Shown: positions 32,135-42,048, counted from the stretch's first letter. The stretch: DNA of 64,000 nt from an uncultured archaeon (GCA_963817525.1 CAWFOU010000007.1:32001-96000), one strand, 5' to 3'. The notes: generated from the letters alone by a model not told the origin. Numbers and translations: made by a program.

Positions 32135-32221
32135 TGCGGCCGGGGGGATTCGAACCCCCGCAACAGGCTCTTTCCTCACAGGAATGGGAAGCCAGTATCC
32201 TAACCACTGGATCACGGCCGC
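32135..32221 (-). tRNA. tRNA-Gly(CCC) with a 15-nt intron at position 37/38
   Basis: GCGGCCG/CGGCCGC acceptor stem, ATCC/GGAT D-stem, CTGGC-TT-CCC-A, intron TTCCTGTGAGGAAAG, GGGGG-TTCGAAT-CCCCC T-arm; one T-T mismatch in the anticodon stem. Confidence 0.9.
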
Positions 32222-32308
32222 GCTGCGCCAGCGAACCCGAATGCCAGTATAAATGAGGTTAGCCCGTTCGCAATCATCGCTGATTGGGGATTAAATAATT
32301 GACAGCAA

Positions 32309-32699
32309 TTGAGGACGATGAACATCCGAACCATCGGCGCAATCCTCTACTGGTGTGAAGGCAGCAAAAGAGAGAAGGACTGTCGCGTCGAATTCGTAAA
32401 CTCTGACCCCGAAATGATCTCGCTATTCATGAGATACCTTCGAAGCAAGAGGATTGAGGAGGCGCGAATAAGGGCGAGGATGGCCATCCACGTCCAGGAC
32501 GACGAGTTGGGTGTGCAAGGACTTCTGGAAGAAAGTAACCTCCCTAGAAGATGCCAATTTCATGTCCACAATTGTGAAAAGCCCTAGCTATTCGAGGAAA
32601 GCCACTACCATACGGCACCCTCACTATTCGATACAACTCGCTAAGCCTCCTGCGGCAAATCATGGGGGAAATCTACGCGCTCGTGGAAGACCATTCTAG
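32309..32699 (+). pseudogene. LAGLIDADG-like single-domain protein, two frameshifts
   Basis: GAILYWCEGSK...VEFVNSDPEMI..F..YL, then CKDFWKKVT, then YGTLTIRYNS.SLLRQIMGEI in successive frames. Confidence 0.55.
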
Positions 32700-32749
32700 G
32701 ACTTGACCCCAGAAACCTGTATAAGCCGAAGCGAGGGCCGCAGCTGACC

Positions 32750-33391
32750 GTGCCGAACCGAAGGGGGAAGGACCTCCTCAAGAGCCCCCAGATATTGAAG
32801 CAACTAGAGTCCCTCGACAAGGGGGGGTACGCGAGGTCCTCCAGGAGCGGGAGGAAGCCCGAGACCAACCTCTACAGCGGCCTCGAAGAGGAAAGGCTCC
32901 AGACGATCTTCCTCGACGACCCATCTTTCAACTTCGACTACGCCCACATCCTGCCGAAGACCGAGAAGTGCTCGGTTATGCACGGGCACACGTCCTCGGC
33001 GCTGGTCGAGATAGTGGGGTATCCCGTAGACGGGATGGTCGTCGACTTTAACCACGCGAAGCCGATAATCAGGAACGCGATCGCGGCCCTCGACCACAAG
33101 CTCTTCATAGGCGAAAAGTACGTCACGGGAAGGACGCCCACGCACGTGGACCTGAGCTTCGCGACGGTCCACGGGGACTTTGGGCTCCACGTCCCAAAGG
33201 AGACCGCCGTCCTCCTGGAGGGCGAGGCCACGGTGGAGAACCTGGCCCAGGAGCTCCTAAGGAGGATCGCTCCGAAGATGCCCCAGAACGTGGAGGCGGT
33301 GGGGGTCTACGTCTACGAAGGGCTGAACAAGGGCACCCACCTGCTGGCGAGGCTCCACGAAAGAGGAGCAGAGAAGAGACGGAAGCGATAG
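32750..33391 (+). CDS. queD: 6-carboxytetrahydropterin synthase QueD
   Basis: FDYAHIL...KC..MHGH, GMVVDF, LDHKLF, ATVENLA, V.VYEG. Confidence 0.88.
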   Translation: MPNRRGKDLLKSPQILKQLESLDKGGYARSSRSGRKPETNLYSGLEEERLQTIFLDDPSFNFDYAHILPKTEKCSVMHGHTSSALVEIVGYPVDGMVVDFNHAKPIIRNAIAALDHKLFIGEKYVTGRTPTHVDLSFATVHGDFGLHVPKETAVLLEGEATVENLAQELLRRIAPKMPQNVEAVGVYVYEGLNKGTHLLARLHERGAEKRRKR

Positions 33392-34017
33392 TCCTCCTGT
33401 CGGGCGGGATAGACTCTGCCACCTGCCTCTGCATGGCGAGGAGGGACGGGTACTCCGCGAGGGCTCTGACGATAGAGATCCACGGGACGGCCGCCGCTGA
33501 GCTGCGGGCGGCGAGGCTCCTCGGCAAGCGCGTCGGGGTCCTGGAGCACAGGTTCGTGAGGATGCCGGACGTGAGGGAGGCGGGGGACATCGCGGGGTCG
33601 AGCGAGCTCACGAGGAAGGAGGTCCCCGCCACCTACATCCCCTTGAAGAACGCCGTCTACTACTCCCTGGCCGCGGCCTACGCGGAGGAGAAGGGAGCGG
33701 ACTGCATCATCGGGGGGCAGAACGCGGACGACAGGCGCGTCTTCGAGGACACCAGCGAGGAGTTCTTCGCCAGCCTCCAGAAGACCATCACTGCGTCGTC
33801 TCCCAGGCTCAGGCGCTGGGGGCTCAAGGTCTTGAGGCCGTTGAAGGACAAGTCCAAGCCAGAGGTGGTCGCCCTGGCGGCGGGGATGGGCGTTCCCCTG
33901 GAGCTTACCTGGAGCTGCCACCGGTCGGGCGAGGAGCACTGCTGGAGGTGCGACGGGTGCAAGACGAGGCTCGAGGCCTTCCAGGCGGCAGGGGTCGAGG
34001 ACCCGCTCCGCCGCTAG
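33379..34017 (+). CDS. queC: 7-cyano-7-deazaguanine synthase QueC (start unresolved)
   Basis: AIVLLSGGIDSAT in frame upstream of the first ATG; TYIP.KN, TWSC...HCWRCDGC..R..AF...G..DP. Confidence 0.88.
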   Translation, partial: TEAIVLLSGGIDSATCLCMARRDGYSARALTIEIHGTAAAELRAARLLGKRVGVLEHRFVRMPDVREAGDIAGSSELTRKEVPATYIPLKNAVYYSLAAAYAEEKGADCIIGGQNADDRRVFEDTSEEFFASLQKTITASSPRLRRWGLKVLRPLKDKSKPEVVALAAGMGVPLELTWSCHRSGEEHCWRCDGCKTRLEAFQAAGVEDPLRR

Positions 34018-34152
34018 CGCCTGAAGGTGAGGTCCGGGCGCTGTAGAATGCCTGGGCGACCGCGGCGTCTGGCTCAGCGGGAATTTCTGCTGAAATCTTC
34101 CTCCAGTCCGCGTCCGTGGGGGCACGGGCGATACGGGGGGAATCCTCCGGGT

Positions 34153-34908
34153 TCAGATGTCTTTCAGGTAGAAGTAGGCTGAAGAGAGCGCTGTCGAGGC
34201 CGCAGAAATCGCGAGGAAGCCTGCGACTGTCTCCCAGTCCCCGATAGTCCACGCGCCCCTCGCAATCGCCGGAAGCCTGTCCATCAGGTCGCCGGGGGAA
34301 AGCACTCCGAGGCCCAAGGCGGGGAAGAAGAACGTCATCGAATACCAAAGGACGAGGAGCGTGACGATCGCCATGACGCTGTTGGGCATCGCGATGCTGA
34401 GCCCCACCCCCAGGGCCGTTAGCATCGCCATGGTCAGGGCCACGACCAGGATGGCCGACGACAGGCCCAGAGAGTCGGCGCCGCCGCCCTCCAGCCTAAG
34501 GGCGAGCCCGACCAAGACGGCCGTCACCAGCGAGAACGTGAGGAGGGTGTAAGCTATGCGCGACGCGAATTTCGCCAGAACGTAGTCGAGACGCGTCACA
34601 GATTTGCTCATTATCGAGTCCGCGAGCTCCCCGGCTTCCGACGAGACCGAGCTCGCCGCCAGCCCTATCAGGACCAGCGCCCAGATGTAGACAAAGTCGG
34701 AGAGCCCTGAGGAGACCACGGCCGGGGCCGTGGCCGTCGCCTGCGAGCTCAGCGTCCTTATGACCTGGATGAAGACCGCGGCCAGGAGCCAGCCGTAGGT
34801 GATCCTGCTCCTGAACACCCCCTTCAGGTCGGCCTCGGAGATCGCCCAGAAGGCCCCGAGCGACGACTTCCGGCTAGGCTGCCCTGAGGAGTCCGCGCGA
34901 TTCTTCAT
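34153..34908 (-). CDS. ABC-2 type transporter permease
   Basis: SSEAGEL..IMSKSVTRLDYVLAKF; six TM helices; start uncertain. Confidence 0.85.
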   Translation of the reverse strand: MKNRADSSGQPSRKSSLGAFWAISEADLKGVFRSRITYGWLLAAVFIQVIRTLSSQATATAPAVVSSGLSDFVYIWALVLIGLAASSVSSEAGELADSIMSKSVTRLDYVLAKFASRIAYTLLTFSLVTAVLVGLALRLEGGGADSLGLSSAILVVALTMAMLTALGVGLSIAMPNSVMAIVTLLVLWYSMTFFFPALGLGVLSPGDLMDRLPAIARGAWTIGDWETVAGFLAISAASTALSSAYFYLKDI

Positions 34909-35836
34909 CTCTAAGCAGCCCCACGAAGGCGTCCTCTATGGTCGACCCTGAAGCTACAGAGATCAGGTCCAGCCCGCTCTGCGAGACCAGGTCGGACGCC
35001 TCCCTCACTGCGTCTGCCATCGTAATGTCTTGGGCGAACGAGATGTCGACTGCGAAGCCAGATCTTCTCTGGACGCCCACGACCCATTTCAACGCCTTCA
35101 ACGCTTCGCAGAACTTGTCCACGTCCCCCTCTAGCTCGAGGCGGACGACGTTGGCGCGCGCGCTCTTCTTCAACTCCTTGATCGAGCCCGAGAATATGCA
35201 CTTGCCGCCGCTTATCACCCCCACGTCCGTGCATATCCGCTCGACGTCGCTCAGTATGTGAGACGAGACCACGATGGTCTTCTCTCTGCCGAGCTCCTCT
35301 ATCAGCTCCAGGGTCGACTTCCTCCCCTCGGGGTCGAGCCCCGTCGTGGGCTCGTCGAGTATGAGCAGCTGGGGGTCGTTCATGAGTGCGGCCGCGAGCC
35401 CCAAGCGGGTCAGCATCCCGGTGGAGAACCCGGCGATCTCCCTGGACGAGTCGCCCAGGAGCCCGACGGAGCGCACGAGGGCGGAGAGGCGCTTCTTCCT
35501 CTCCTCCTTCTCGATGTCGAAGAGCCTCCCCACAAAGTCGAGGTATGCTATCGGCGTCATCTTGGGCGGGAACCTGGGGTTCGTCGGAAGATAGCCCATC
35601 ATCTTTCGCAGGCCGGCGGACCCGGGCGTCATCTTCTCGCCGAAGACCTTTGCCTCGCCCGCGGACGGCCGAATCAAGCCTAGGAGCAGCCTGATCGTCG
35701 TCGTCTTGCCGGCGCCGTTCGGTCCGAGGAAGCCGTAGATGGCGCCCTGCTCCACCGAGAAGCTCACGTTATTTACGGCGATCAGCCTCTCGCCGAAGAT
35801 CTTGGTCAAGCCGTTCAGTTCGATGACCCGGCTCAT
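34874..35836 (-). CDS. ABC transporter ATP-binding protein
   Basis: GPNGAGKTT, FSTGM, LLILDEPT, SSH. Confidence 0.95.
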   Translation of the reverse strand: MSRVIELNGLTKIFGERLIAVNNVSFSVEQGAIYGFLGPNGAGKTTTIRLLLGLIRPSAGEAKVFGEKMTPGSAGLRKMMGYLPTNPRFPPKMTPIAYLDFVGRLFDIEKEERKKRLSALVRSVGLLGDSSREIAGFSTGMLTRLGLAAALMNDPQLLILDEPTTGLDPEGRKSTLELIEELGREKTIVVSSHILSDVERICTDVGVISGGKCIFSGSIKELKKSARANVVRLELEGDVDKFCEALKALKWVVGVQRRSGFAVDISFAQDITMADAVREASDLVSQSGLDLISVASGSTIEDAFVGLLRDEESRGLLRAA

Positions 35837-36221
35837 CGGCGAGACACGGAAGTTCGAGTTCGCCGCGGCGTATTAAGCCGTTCCAGGAGGGGCGTCCGTC
35901 ATCCCTGAATCGATGCGCCCGCGCCCGGCCTCCTCCAGCCACTTCTCCTTCCTTCACCCTAGGGCATTAACCCCTACGCGTTTAATATCGCGAAAAAGGT
36001 ATAGCGCCAGAATATTTAAGGGAATATGCCGGACGATTTTCGTAAAATCCTCCGACCCGTGAAGACTAACAAGAAAAAGACGAAGGATGTCGCCGGTCGA
36101 GGGCCTCTGACCTGCCATCGCCGTGTTCAAATCCTGCTTACACGATCGCTGACAAAGATTCAACCGGCTAGATTCGCGCGACCAAACAGGAACCTCCGTT
36201 TCCAAGAATATTGATTCAAGC

Positions 36222-36647
36222 TCACTCGTGAGTCGGTCGTCGCTTTCTTACCAAGAGGGAGAGCGCTTCTGCCACGGTGATAATCCGGATCCCGCCAAAT
36301 GCGTGCAGCTCCAGCATGTGACGGTCTCCCGTGACAATGAAGTCTGCCTCCCCTGCTTTCGCCGTGCCCAGGATCTTGTCGTCGGGGTCGTTCAGGACTC
36401 TGACTTCAGGCAGGGACCTGACGAAGACCGCCCCAGAGAGCAGGGCCTTCAGGAATGCCGAGGCGGCCGCTTCATCAAGGTAGCGCCTAATCCTCGCATC
36501 GGAACTCACCCTCGAGAACTCCTCCACGATTGGTTCCGAGACTATCACCGCGTGTTGTGGACCAAGGAGCGTCTTGAGCAAGCGCCGAGGTTTTCCGCCT
36601 TTGATTAGAGCTGACACGAGGACGTTCGTGTCAAGGACTGCTCTCAT
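36222..36647 (-). CDS. vapC: PIN-domain toxin (VapC-like)
   Basis: MRAVLDTNVLVSALI, DPDDKIL.TA, FIVTGDRHML. Confidence 0.9.
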   Translation of the reverse strand: MRAVLDTNVLVSALIKGGKPRRLLKTLLGPQHAVIVSEPIVEEFSRVSSDARIRRYLDEAAASAFLKALLSGAVFVRSLPEVRVLNDPDDKILGTAKAGEADFIVTGDRHMLELHAFGGIRIITVAEALSLLVRKRRPTHE

Positions 36648-36656
36648 TGCGTAGCG

Positions 36657-36929
36657 CTAGCTCTTACCGTGCCGATATCTCTGGACGATCTTGTTTATCT
36701 CGACTTCAGTGAGCCCTTCTTGTTTCCTGCTCCTTTCTTCGACCCGCCTGAAGACCGCCTCAAGCTGGCTCTCGACATCCTTGACCTCCAGCTTCTTCAT
36801 GATGAGGGTGTCGTCATGAGGATAGACCAGGAGCTTGCTCTTCGCCCCAATTCCGAGTCTCTGCCTCATGCTCTGAGGTATTACCACCTGACCCTTGCTG
36901 CTGACTACCACGACGTCAGGCTCCTCCAT
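36657..36929 (-). CDS. AbrB/MazE/SpoVT antitoxin
   Basis: VSSKGQVVIPQSMRQRLGI; directly upstream of the PIN gene. Confidence 0.9.
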   Translation of the reverse strand: MEEPDVVVVSSKGQVVIPQSMRQRLGIGAKSKLLVYPHDDTLIMKKLEVKDVESQLEAVFRRVEERSRKQEGLTEVEINKIVQRYRHGKS

Positions 36930-37033
36930 TGCTATCTCGAGTCCTTCTTACTTTCTTACTTTAATAGTTTACTGCACCAGCGTAAGAATTGTGTGCCGCT
37001 TTGAACTCAAATATTTGGGCTAACGTCCCACCT

Positions 37034-37195
37034 CTTGGCATACACTTACCCAAGCCAATGTAACATGTTCGCGTCATTCCTTTTCGTCATGGTTCTACAG
37101 GTTCAAGCGCTGCCCTTGGCACACTTTTACCATGCCAAGGTTACACGTTCTCGCGTTATTCCTGTTCGCCAATGGTCTACAGGTTCAAGCTCTCC
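37034..37195. repeat. Degenerate tandem repeat, 2 x 81 bp
   Basis: Units start CTTGGCA at 37034 and 37115; both contain GCCAA and TCTACAGGTTCAAGC. Confidence 0.7.
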
Positions 37196-37292
37196 ATTGA
37201 CCCTTTCGTGGCAGGGGACGATTTCGGAAATTGCTCAGAGGTGCGGGGACTAACAAGATAAAGGACGAAAGCCGGCACCGGTCGACAGTCAG

Positions 37293-37472
37293 TTGCCGGA
37301 CGACCCGGTCGTAGCCGCGGTCAAGGTCCTCCCGAAGAGGGCCGTCCAGCTGCCCCCCGAGGTCATGGAGAGGCTGGGCCTGAAGCCTAGTACGAAGCTG
37401 ATAGTCACGACGGCCGCCTGTCACGACGCCGGCGCTGACGGGCGAACTGACGAGGACGGCGCCGCCTGCTGA
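37293..37472 (+). pseudogene. Truncated AbrB-like gene
   Basis: LPDDPVVAAVKVLPKRAVQLPPEVMERLGLKPSTKLIV, then similarity lost at ~37412. Confidence 0.5.
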
Positions 37473-37921
37473 CCGGGGGTCGCGGGAGGCTGACCGGGGT
37501 CACGAGGTGTGAGAGGGGGAGTCACGCACGGAGTGGGCGAGAATGGCGGCAACCACTGCCCTCTGCCAAGTGGGTCACAGGACGGGCGGGCAATCATGGC
37601 CGGGAACAGGAGGGGCCAAGGCGAAAAGAGCCCGACCGCTTGTGACCCCCGAGCATGAGCGTCTCGCTCGGATTTAGTCAGAGGCACATTGTCGCTTATC
37701 CGGAAATCAGGGCACGATATTAACCGGTGGGAGGCGCGGTGACGAGCCCTGGGGCAATCAACCTCATGCGGGGCTTTCTCGCGCCCTTCTGCGTGCCTGT
37801 CCGCGGATTCGAGGAAGGGGACTCACCCTGGCGTTCACCTCGGCTCGCGTGTTTTAGCCCGAACGACCGAATATCAGCCGAGTCTGCAAAATCGTGTGGA
37901 TGCCCCATATTCCACCCTTCT

Positions 37922-38701
37922 TCATGGTTCCACGATGAAATGAAGCACCGCGGTCTGTCCCCACTCGTCGGCGACTGCCACCGTGTAGACGCCCGGAGTG
38001 AACGGGATTGCGATCGGTGGCGTTGGAGGGGACTGCTGGCCAATGATGGGCTCGTTGAGCTCCTGCGAGTTGTTAAGGAGGTCCCAGTAGCCGTTCGTGG
38101 CAAAGGATAGAGACAAATGGTGCGGACCGAGCGTGAAGTTACCGTCGCTTGCAGGGATGTTCACTCCGGTTAGGTTGGCCATTGAACTGCTCGGTTGGAA
38201 GGTCAGGAGGTTTACGCTGACGCCTTGCGAACACCGGTAGCTGAAGGTGACGTTCGCCGCGCTCTGCAAGTCTTGAGCCGTGTAATTGCCCTTCAGCACG
38301 ACCGCCTCACCAGGAAGGTTGAGGTAGCATGGAGGCCACAGTGCCACCGGGATTCCTTGGAAGTCCCAGTCATTTGAAGTGCGTATGGAGTTGGTCGACG
38401 GGAAGGCGTTGAAGAGCGAGACGCTGGCGTTTAGGCTCTGCCCTACCTTGAGAGTGGTCGCGTTCAAAGCGAGGATCAGGTCGACGCCCGTGCTACCATT
38501 CGAATCTACCTCCATCGCCGCGGCGCCAAGGACGAAGGGCACGGTTACGGTTGATAAGGAGGTCGTGGTGGACGTGCTGACGGAAATCGAGGTCGAAGTG
38601 ATTGTCTCAGCGCCCCTCGCGCTGTTTCCAGAAAGGTAGCCAACGCCGAGGCTCGCCAAAACTAGAAAAGCGATAATCGCCGCGGTGGTCCCCTTCCTCA
38701 T
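37922..38701 (-). CDS. Membrane-anchored partner protein, 'GVYTV.VADEWG' family (cassette 1 partner)
   Basis: N-terminal TM, Thr/Ser linker, L.LNATTL..GQ.L..SVSLFN, GNYT, GYW, PGVYTVAVADEWGQ. Confidence 0.8.
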   Translation of the reverse strand: MRKGTTAAIIAFLVLASLGVGYLSGNSARGAETITSTSISVSTSTTTSLSTVTVPFVLGAAAMEVDSNGSTGVDLILALNATTLKVGQSLNASVSLFNAFPSTNSIRTSNDWDFQGIPVALWPPCYLNLPGEAVVLKGNYTAQDLQSAANVTFSYRCSQGVSVNLLTFQPSSSMANLTGVNIPASDGNFTLGPHHLSLSFATNGYWDLLNNSQELNEPIIGQQSPPTPPIAIPFTPGVYTVAVADEWGQTAVLHFIVEP

Positions 38702-38748
38702 CACTGCTCGTGTGTAAGTTTGCAAGAGGCCCCACTTTACTACACCAG

Positions 38749-39729
38749 TTAAGTACCACAGGCGGTTGAAAAGGTTTCCGAGAAGTCCGAACTTGAATCA
38801 ATGCTACTCGTTGGGGTAATGTTGTCGGTCGAAGTGCCGCTGCACGAATTCTGCATTGTGATTTGGGTTTGGATCATATTGTAGAAGCTACCGCATTGGA
38901 GGGGGTTTTGCAGGGAACTAAGGTAGTAACATTCGTCGTTACCGGAGAGGGTGAGACCGCTACCTGAGTTGAAGGTTGCAAGCGCGGAGCTCGAACCCCC
39001 AACTTCTATGCGTTCCACGAGGGTTTCTGCATAATCGGTAATCGCTGTGCCGGAAGGCGCTGCGGTTGACCCGCTCGAGCAAACCCATCCGGTGCCAGTA
39101 TCTTCGAAGAGGAAGGTCCGATAGTCATTGGAGGAGCCTCCCCAATAGTAACCGTTTTCAACTTCCGCTTGCATCGAATCTCCCGCAGCTAGTGTGTCGG
39201 TGGAGGCACATTGCATTTGGTTTGCCGGATAGAAGTCCCACCATCCGAAATAAGAAGGTGTGGGACAACTCAGCGACGTGCAGTTCATTTCGGCCTCCGT
39301 GCCCGTCTGCGCGAGGAAAGACGCGCTGTTGTTGTATATACCGTTGATGAGTCCGGTCCAAACGCCTACAGTACAATCGTAAGGAGACTGCATACAGTAC
39401 GAGTTGGAAGTAGCTGTGGGCGTCGCAAAGGACATGTCGCTGTAGACTTGGTTGGTTTGGACGCCGCCATACGTTGTATGCACTTGATATCCATCAACGA
39501 TGTGGTCGGTGCCAGAAGAAGCACAGTCGCCCCTGTTCACTTGAACGTTGACTACGTGAGTCAGGCTTGGGTTCTCAAATACCTGAATTCCAACGGAACT
39601 GCCGCAGTTCGAGCTCACGGAATCACGTAGGTAGAAATTCACTGAGACTGCAGTCATGCTCAGATCGGAACACGTGGCTGTATTGAACGAATATGACGGG
39701 CCGATTGAAACAAACGAGTAATTTGATAC
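38749..39729 (-). pseudogene. 5'-truncated secreted G1-like peptidase (cassette 1)
   Basis: VWTGL, LAQTGT, YFGWWDFYP, AGDSM, YAETLVER. The frame runs up to the DUF2283 stop with no signal peptide. Confidence 0.75.
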
Positions 39730-40002
39730 TCATTTGTGTGGGCGGCTGACGATAGACAATCTATTCGCGCTTTCTTTCAGCAACGCTCTGGCGTTGGTGG
39801 GCATCTTTTTCATGTCGTCGCTGTTGAGCTTACCAAGAGCGATTATCTCGAAACCAATTATCTCCCCGCGGCGGTTGCGCTTACCGACGAGATTTTCGGT
39901 GATTGGTTCAGCTTCACTCTCGCTTGACGGATCACCAAGCCAGATGTCGAGGGTGTCGGTGCCTGGGTTATAGTAGAGCGACCTCACTGTTTCTGTTTCC
40001 AT
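39730..40002 (-). CDS. DUF2283 domain putative antitoxin
   Basis: YYNP.TDTLDIWLGDP...GEIIGFEII. Confidence 0.8.
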   Translation of the reverse strand: METETVRSLYYNPGTDTLDIWLGDPSSESEAEPITENLVGKRNRRGEIIGFEIIALGKLNSDDMKKMPTNARALLKESANRLSIVSRPHK

Positions 40003-40304
40003 ATCGAATCACCGATCATCCTTTTGGTCAAGTAGGCCGTAATAATGAAGCCATCCCCATTTAAGAACTTGACTACGGTGCAGACAAGAAGCTTCGCCTT
40101 GAACTTGCCGTAGTGGAGGTGGACGCTATGATCTCTCTTGCTCCTCCTGACCTCGACTGGTTCGGTCAGCGAGCTCTTGACGAACTCTTCCAGTCCGCGC
40201 ATGGAAGGATGCTTGACGTTCACTATGTAATCCCAGTAGGACTTGTTTATTCTGATTCTCTTCTCAAGCTTCGAAACTACTTCAAAGAGCGGTTCGGAAG
40301 ACAC
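39984..40304 (-). CDS. DUF4258/RelE-like putative toxin
   Basis: W.YI...KHP.M, EP.EVRRS, VVKFLNGDGFIITAY; overlaps the DUF2283 gene. Confidence 0.7.
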   Translation of the reverse strand: MSSEPLFEVVSKLEKRIRINKSYWDYIVNVKHPSMRGLEEFVKSSLTEPVEVRRSKRDHSVHLHYGKFKAKLLVCTVVKFLNGDGFIITAYLTKRMIGDSIWKQKQ

Positions 40305-40354
40305 TGAAATTAAACGGCATCGCGCCTCTAGTTAAGAATAGCCGCAGCTTCTAG

Positions 40355-41121
40355 GATACCGTTAAGATGAGGGATTGAATCCTTTGTCTAGTCGTCTTGG
40401 TTTGATGGTTGAACGACCTTCAGGGCATACCGCACTTATGTGAACCCATACAATACGCTTCTGAAGGCCGTCCAGGACGCCCACGTCTTCAAGAGGAATA
40501 AAATTCCACCGGAGACAAAGGTGGTTGCCTCTCTGCTCTACTTGTCTGGACTATCCTACCGAGGGATGGCGTACCAGACGAGGCTTGTCGGGGCGAGCCA
40601 CGTCTCCGTCTTCAACTGGGTCCATGCGCTCAAGGGGATAGTCTCGCGCGTCCCAAGGAAGGAGAGGAAGATCGTCGCGATCGACGAGACCAAGCTCAAG
40701 ATCAAGGGCAGGCAGGTCTTCGTCTGGGCCGCCATCGACGCGGACACCAAGGAGCTCCTCGCGGTGTACGCCTCCTACTACCGGTCGCACATCAACACCA
40801 TCGTCTTCCTCAAGAGGGTCCTCGAGACGTGCATCGGCAGGAAGCCCATCGCCCTGGCGGACGGCGGGCCTTGGTACCCATGGCCTCTCAACGACATGGG
40901 CTTCAAATGGTTGCACGTGACGTTCGGCTACAGGAACACCATAGAGAGGTTCTTCCGGACCTTGAAGGAGAGGACGAGGCGGTTCTACAACAACCTGCCG
41001 TCGACGCGGATGGACAACCTCCAGTCGTTCATGGACGTCTTCATGCTCTGGTACAACCACCTCAGGAGGCACCAGGGGCTAGGAAGAATCCCAGTGGAAG
41101 TGATGCTATCTTAACGGTATC
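40355..41121 (+). mobile_element. Complete IS6-family insertion sequence (767 bp)
   Basis: Perfect 14-bp TIRs GATACCGTTAAGAT (40355-40368 / 41108-41121); 8-bp TSD GCTTCTAG (40347-40354 / 41122-41129). Confidence 0.95.
40440..41114 (+). CDS. IS6 family DDE transposase
   Basis: AIDETKLK, VWAAID, DGGPWY, RNTIERFFRTLKER, YNHLRRHQ. Confidence 0.95.
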   Translation: MNPYNTLLKAVQDAHVFKRNKIPPETKVVASLLYLSGLSYRGMAYQTRLVGASHVSVFNWVHALKGIVSRVPRKERKIVAIDETKLKIKGRQVFVWAAIDADTKELLAVYASYYRSHINTIVFLKRVLETCIGRKPIALADGGPWYPWPLNDMGFKWLHVTFGYRNTIERFFRTLKERTRRFYNNLPSTRMDNLQSFMDVFMLWYNHLRRHQGLGRIPVEVMLS

Positions 41122-41221
41122 GCTTCTAGGACTGACAACGCTGTGAAAGTGCCTCCAGCGCGCGTTGGTGGCATTCCTGCCCGCTTGATCCTCTGGAAAC
41201 ACCACCAAGTTTGAATTTCCT

Positions 41222-41480
41222 TCAGATACGAGTTCGCTTGGCGATTTTCCCAAGGAAATAAACCCCGACGACGAGGAATCCGAAGATGGTCATCGGGAAG
41301 TATTCTTCGTTCGGCGGCGGAGGTATGCGGACGACGTTATGGTAGGTCTGAAAGACGCTGCTCACTCCCCAGGAGTTGGTGATCCCGAACAGGTACGTCC
41401 CGTTCGCGGTCATCGGCAACGATAGCTCATAGAATCCGTAGCATCCGTGGGAGAAGGCGGCTCCGCGTTCGATGTCAACG
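41222..41480 (-). pseudogene. 3' fragment of a membrane-anchored protein gene
   Basis: NGTYLFGITN...TM plus basic tail; no 5' part. Confidence 0.35.
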
Positions 41481-41760
41481 AGTCATTGACGATCAGGTTC
41501 CCGTTCGGGTCTCTCATCCAGAGGCTCGTCGCCCCTCTGGTCTGAGGCCCTATCATCGCGAGCGCCTGAAAGCTCGTTAGTTATGTATGCACGTTCACCG
41601 GGCTCCCGCCTCCCCCATCGAGATTCGCTTAGGTCGTGCTGGTACCACCAAAGACGAATCCGTAGGTCTCGCTCAGGTTCCCAGGTTACTGGCGAGACGA
41701 ACGACAGAGTGGTGCCGTTCCGATGGATGAGCAGGTTGGGGCGCATTATCTGCGGCCACG

Positions 41761-42048
41761 TCAGAGGATGCCGTGTGTAGTGGGCAGTTCGCAACCCAGT
41801 TGAAAGAAAAAGTTAGTTCGTGCAAACCATTGGCCATAGCCATCTGGGCCAAGCAATACGCCGTAGCCAATAATTCCACAGCCTGCGGACCGAAAGATAG
41901 GCGTGGGAACTGAAAGCGGAGGGGCGTTAGGAGTGGTAAACCAGTAAAACACAGGTGCAAAAAAGAAGAGGGCTAACCCCACAAAAAGCGCACAAGCAAG
42001 CAAGACCTGTCTCGAACGGCGCATGAGTGAATAAACATCCCCCTTCAT
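41761..42048 (-). CDS. Small membrane-anchored protein (cassette 2 partner)
   Basis: TM ending FFFAPV, 'RSAGC.IIGYG'; own TTAAAT TATA-like box. Confidence 0.6.
   Translation of the reverse strand: MKGDVYSLMRRSRQVLLACALFVGLALFFFAPVFYWFTTPNAPPLSVPTPIFRSAGCGIIGYGVLLGPDGYGQWFARTNFFFQLGCELPTTHGIL

Noticed and set aside
32750-34017. queD-queC as part of a dpd DNA-modification island
   Set aside because: No dpdA/tgt paralog or other dpd genes nearby; archaeosine precursor synthesis is the simpler explanation
37420-37720. RNase P or SRP RNA gene
   Set aside because: GC-rich and apparently non-coding, but I could not find the RNase P GAGGAAAGUCC-type or SRP helix-8 signatures on either strand
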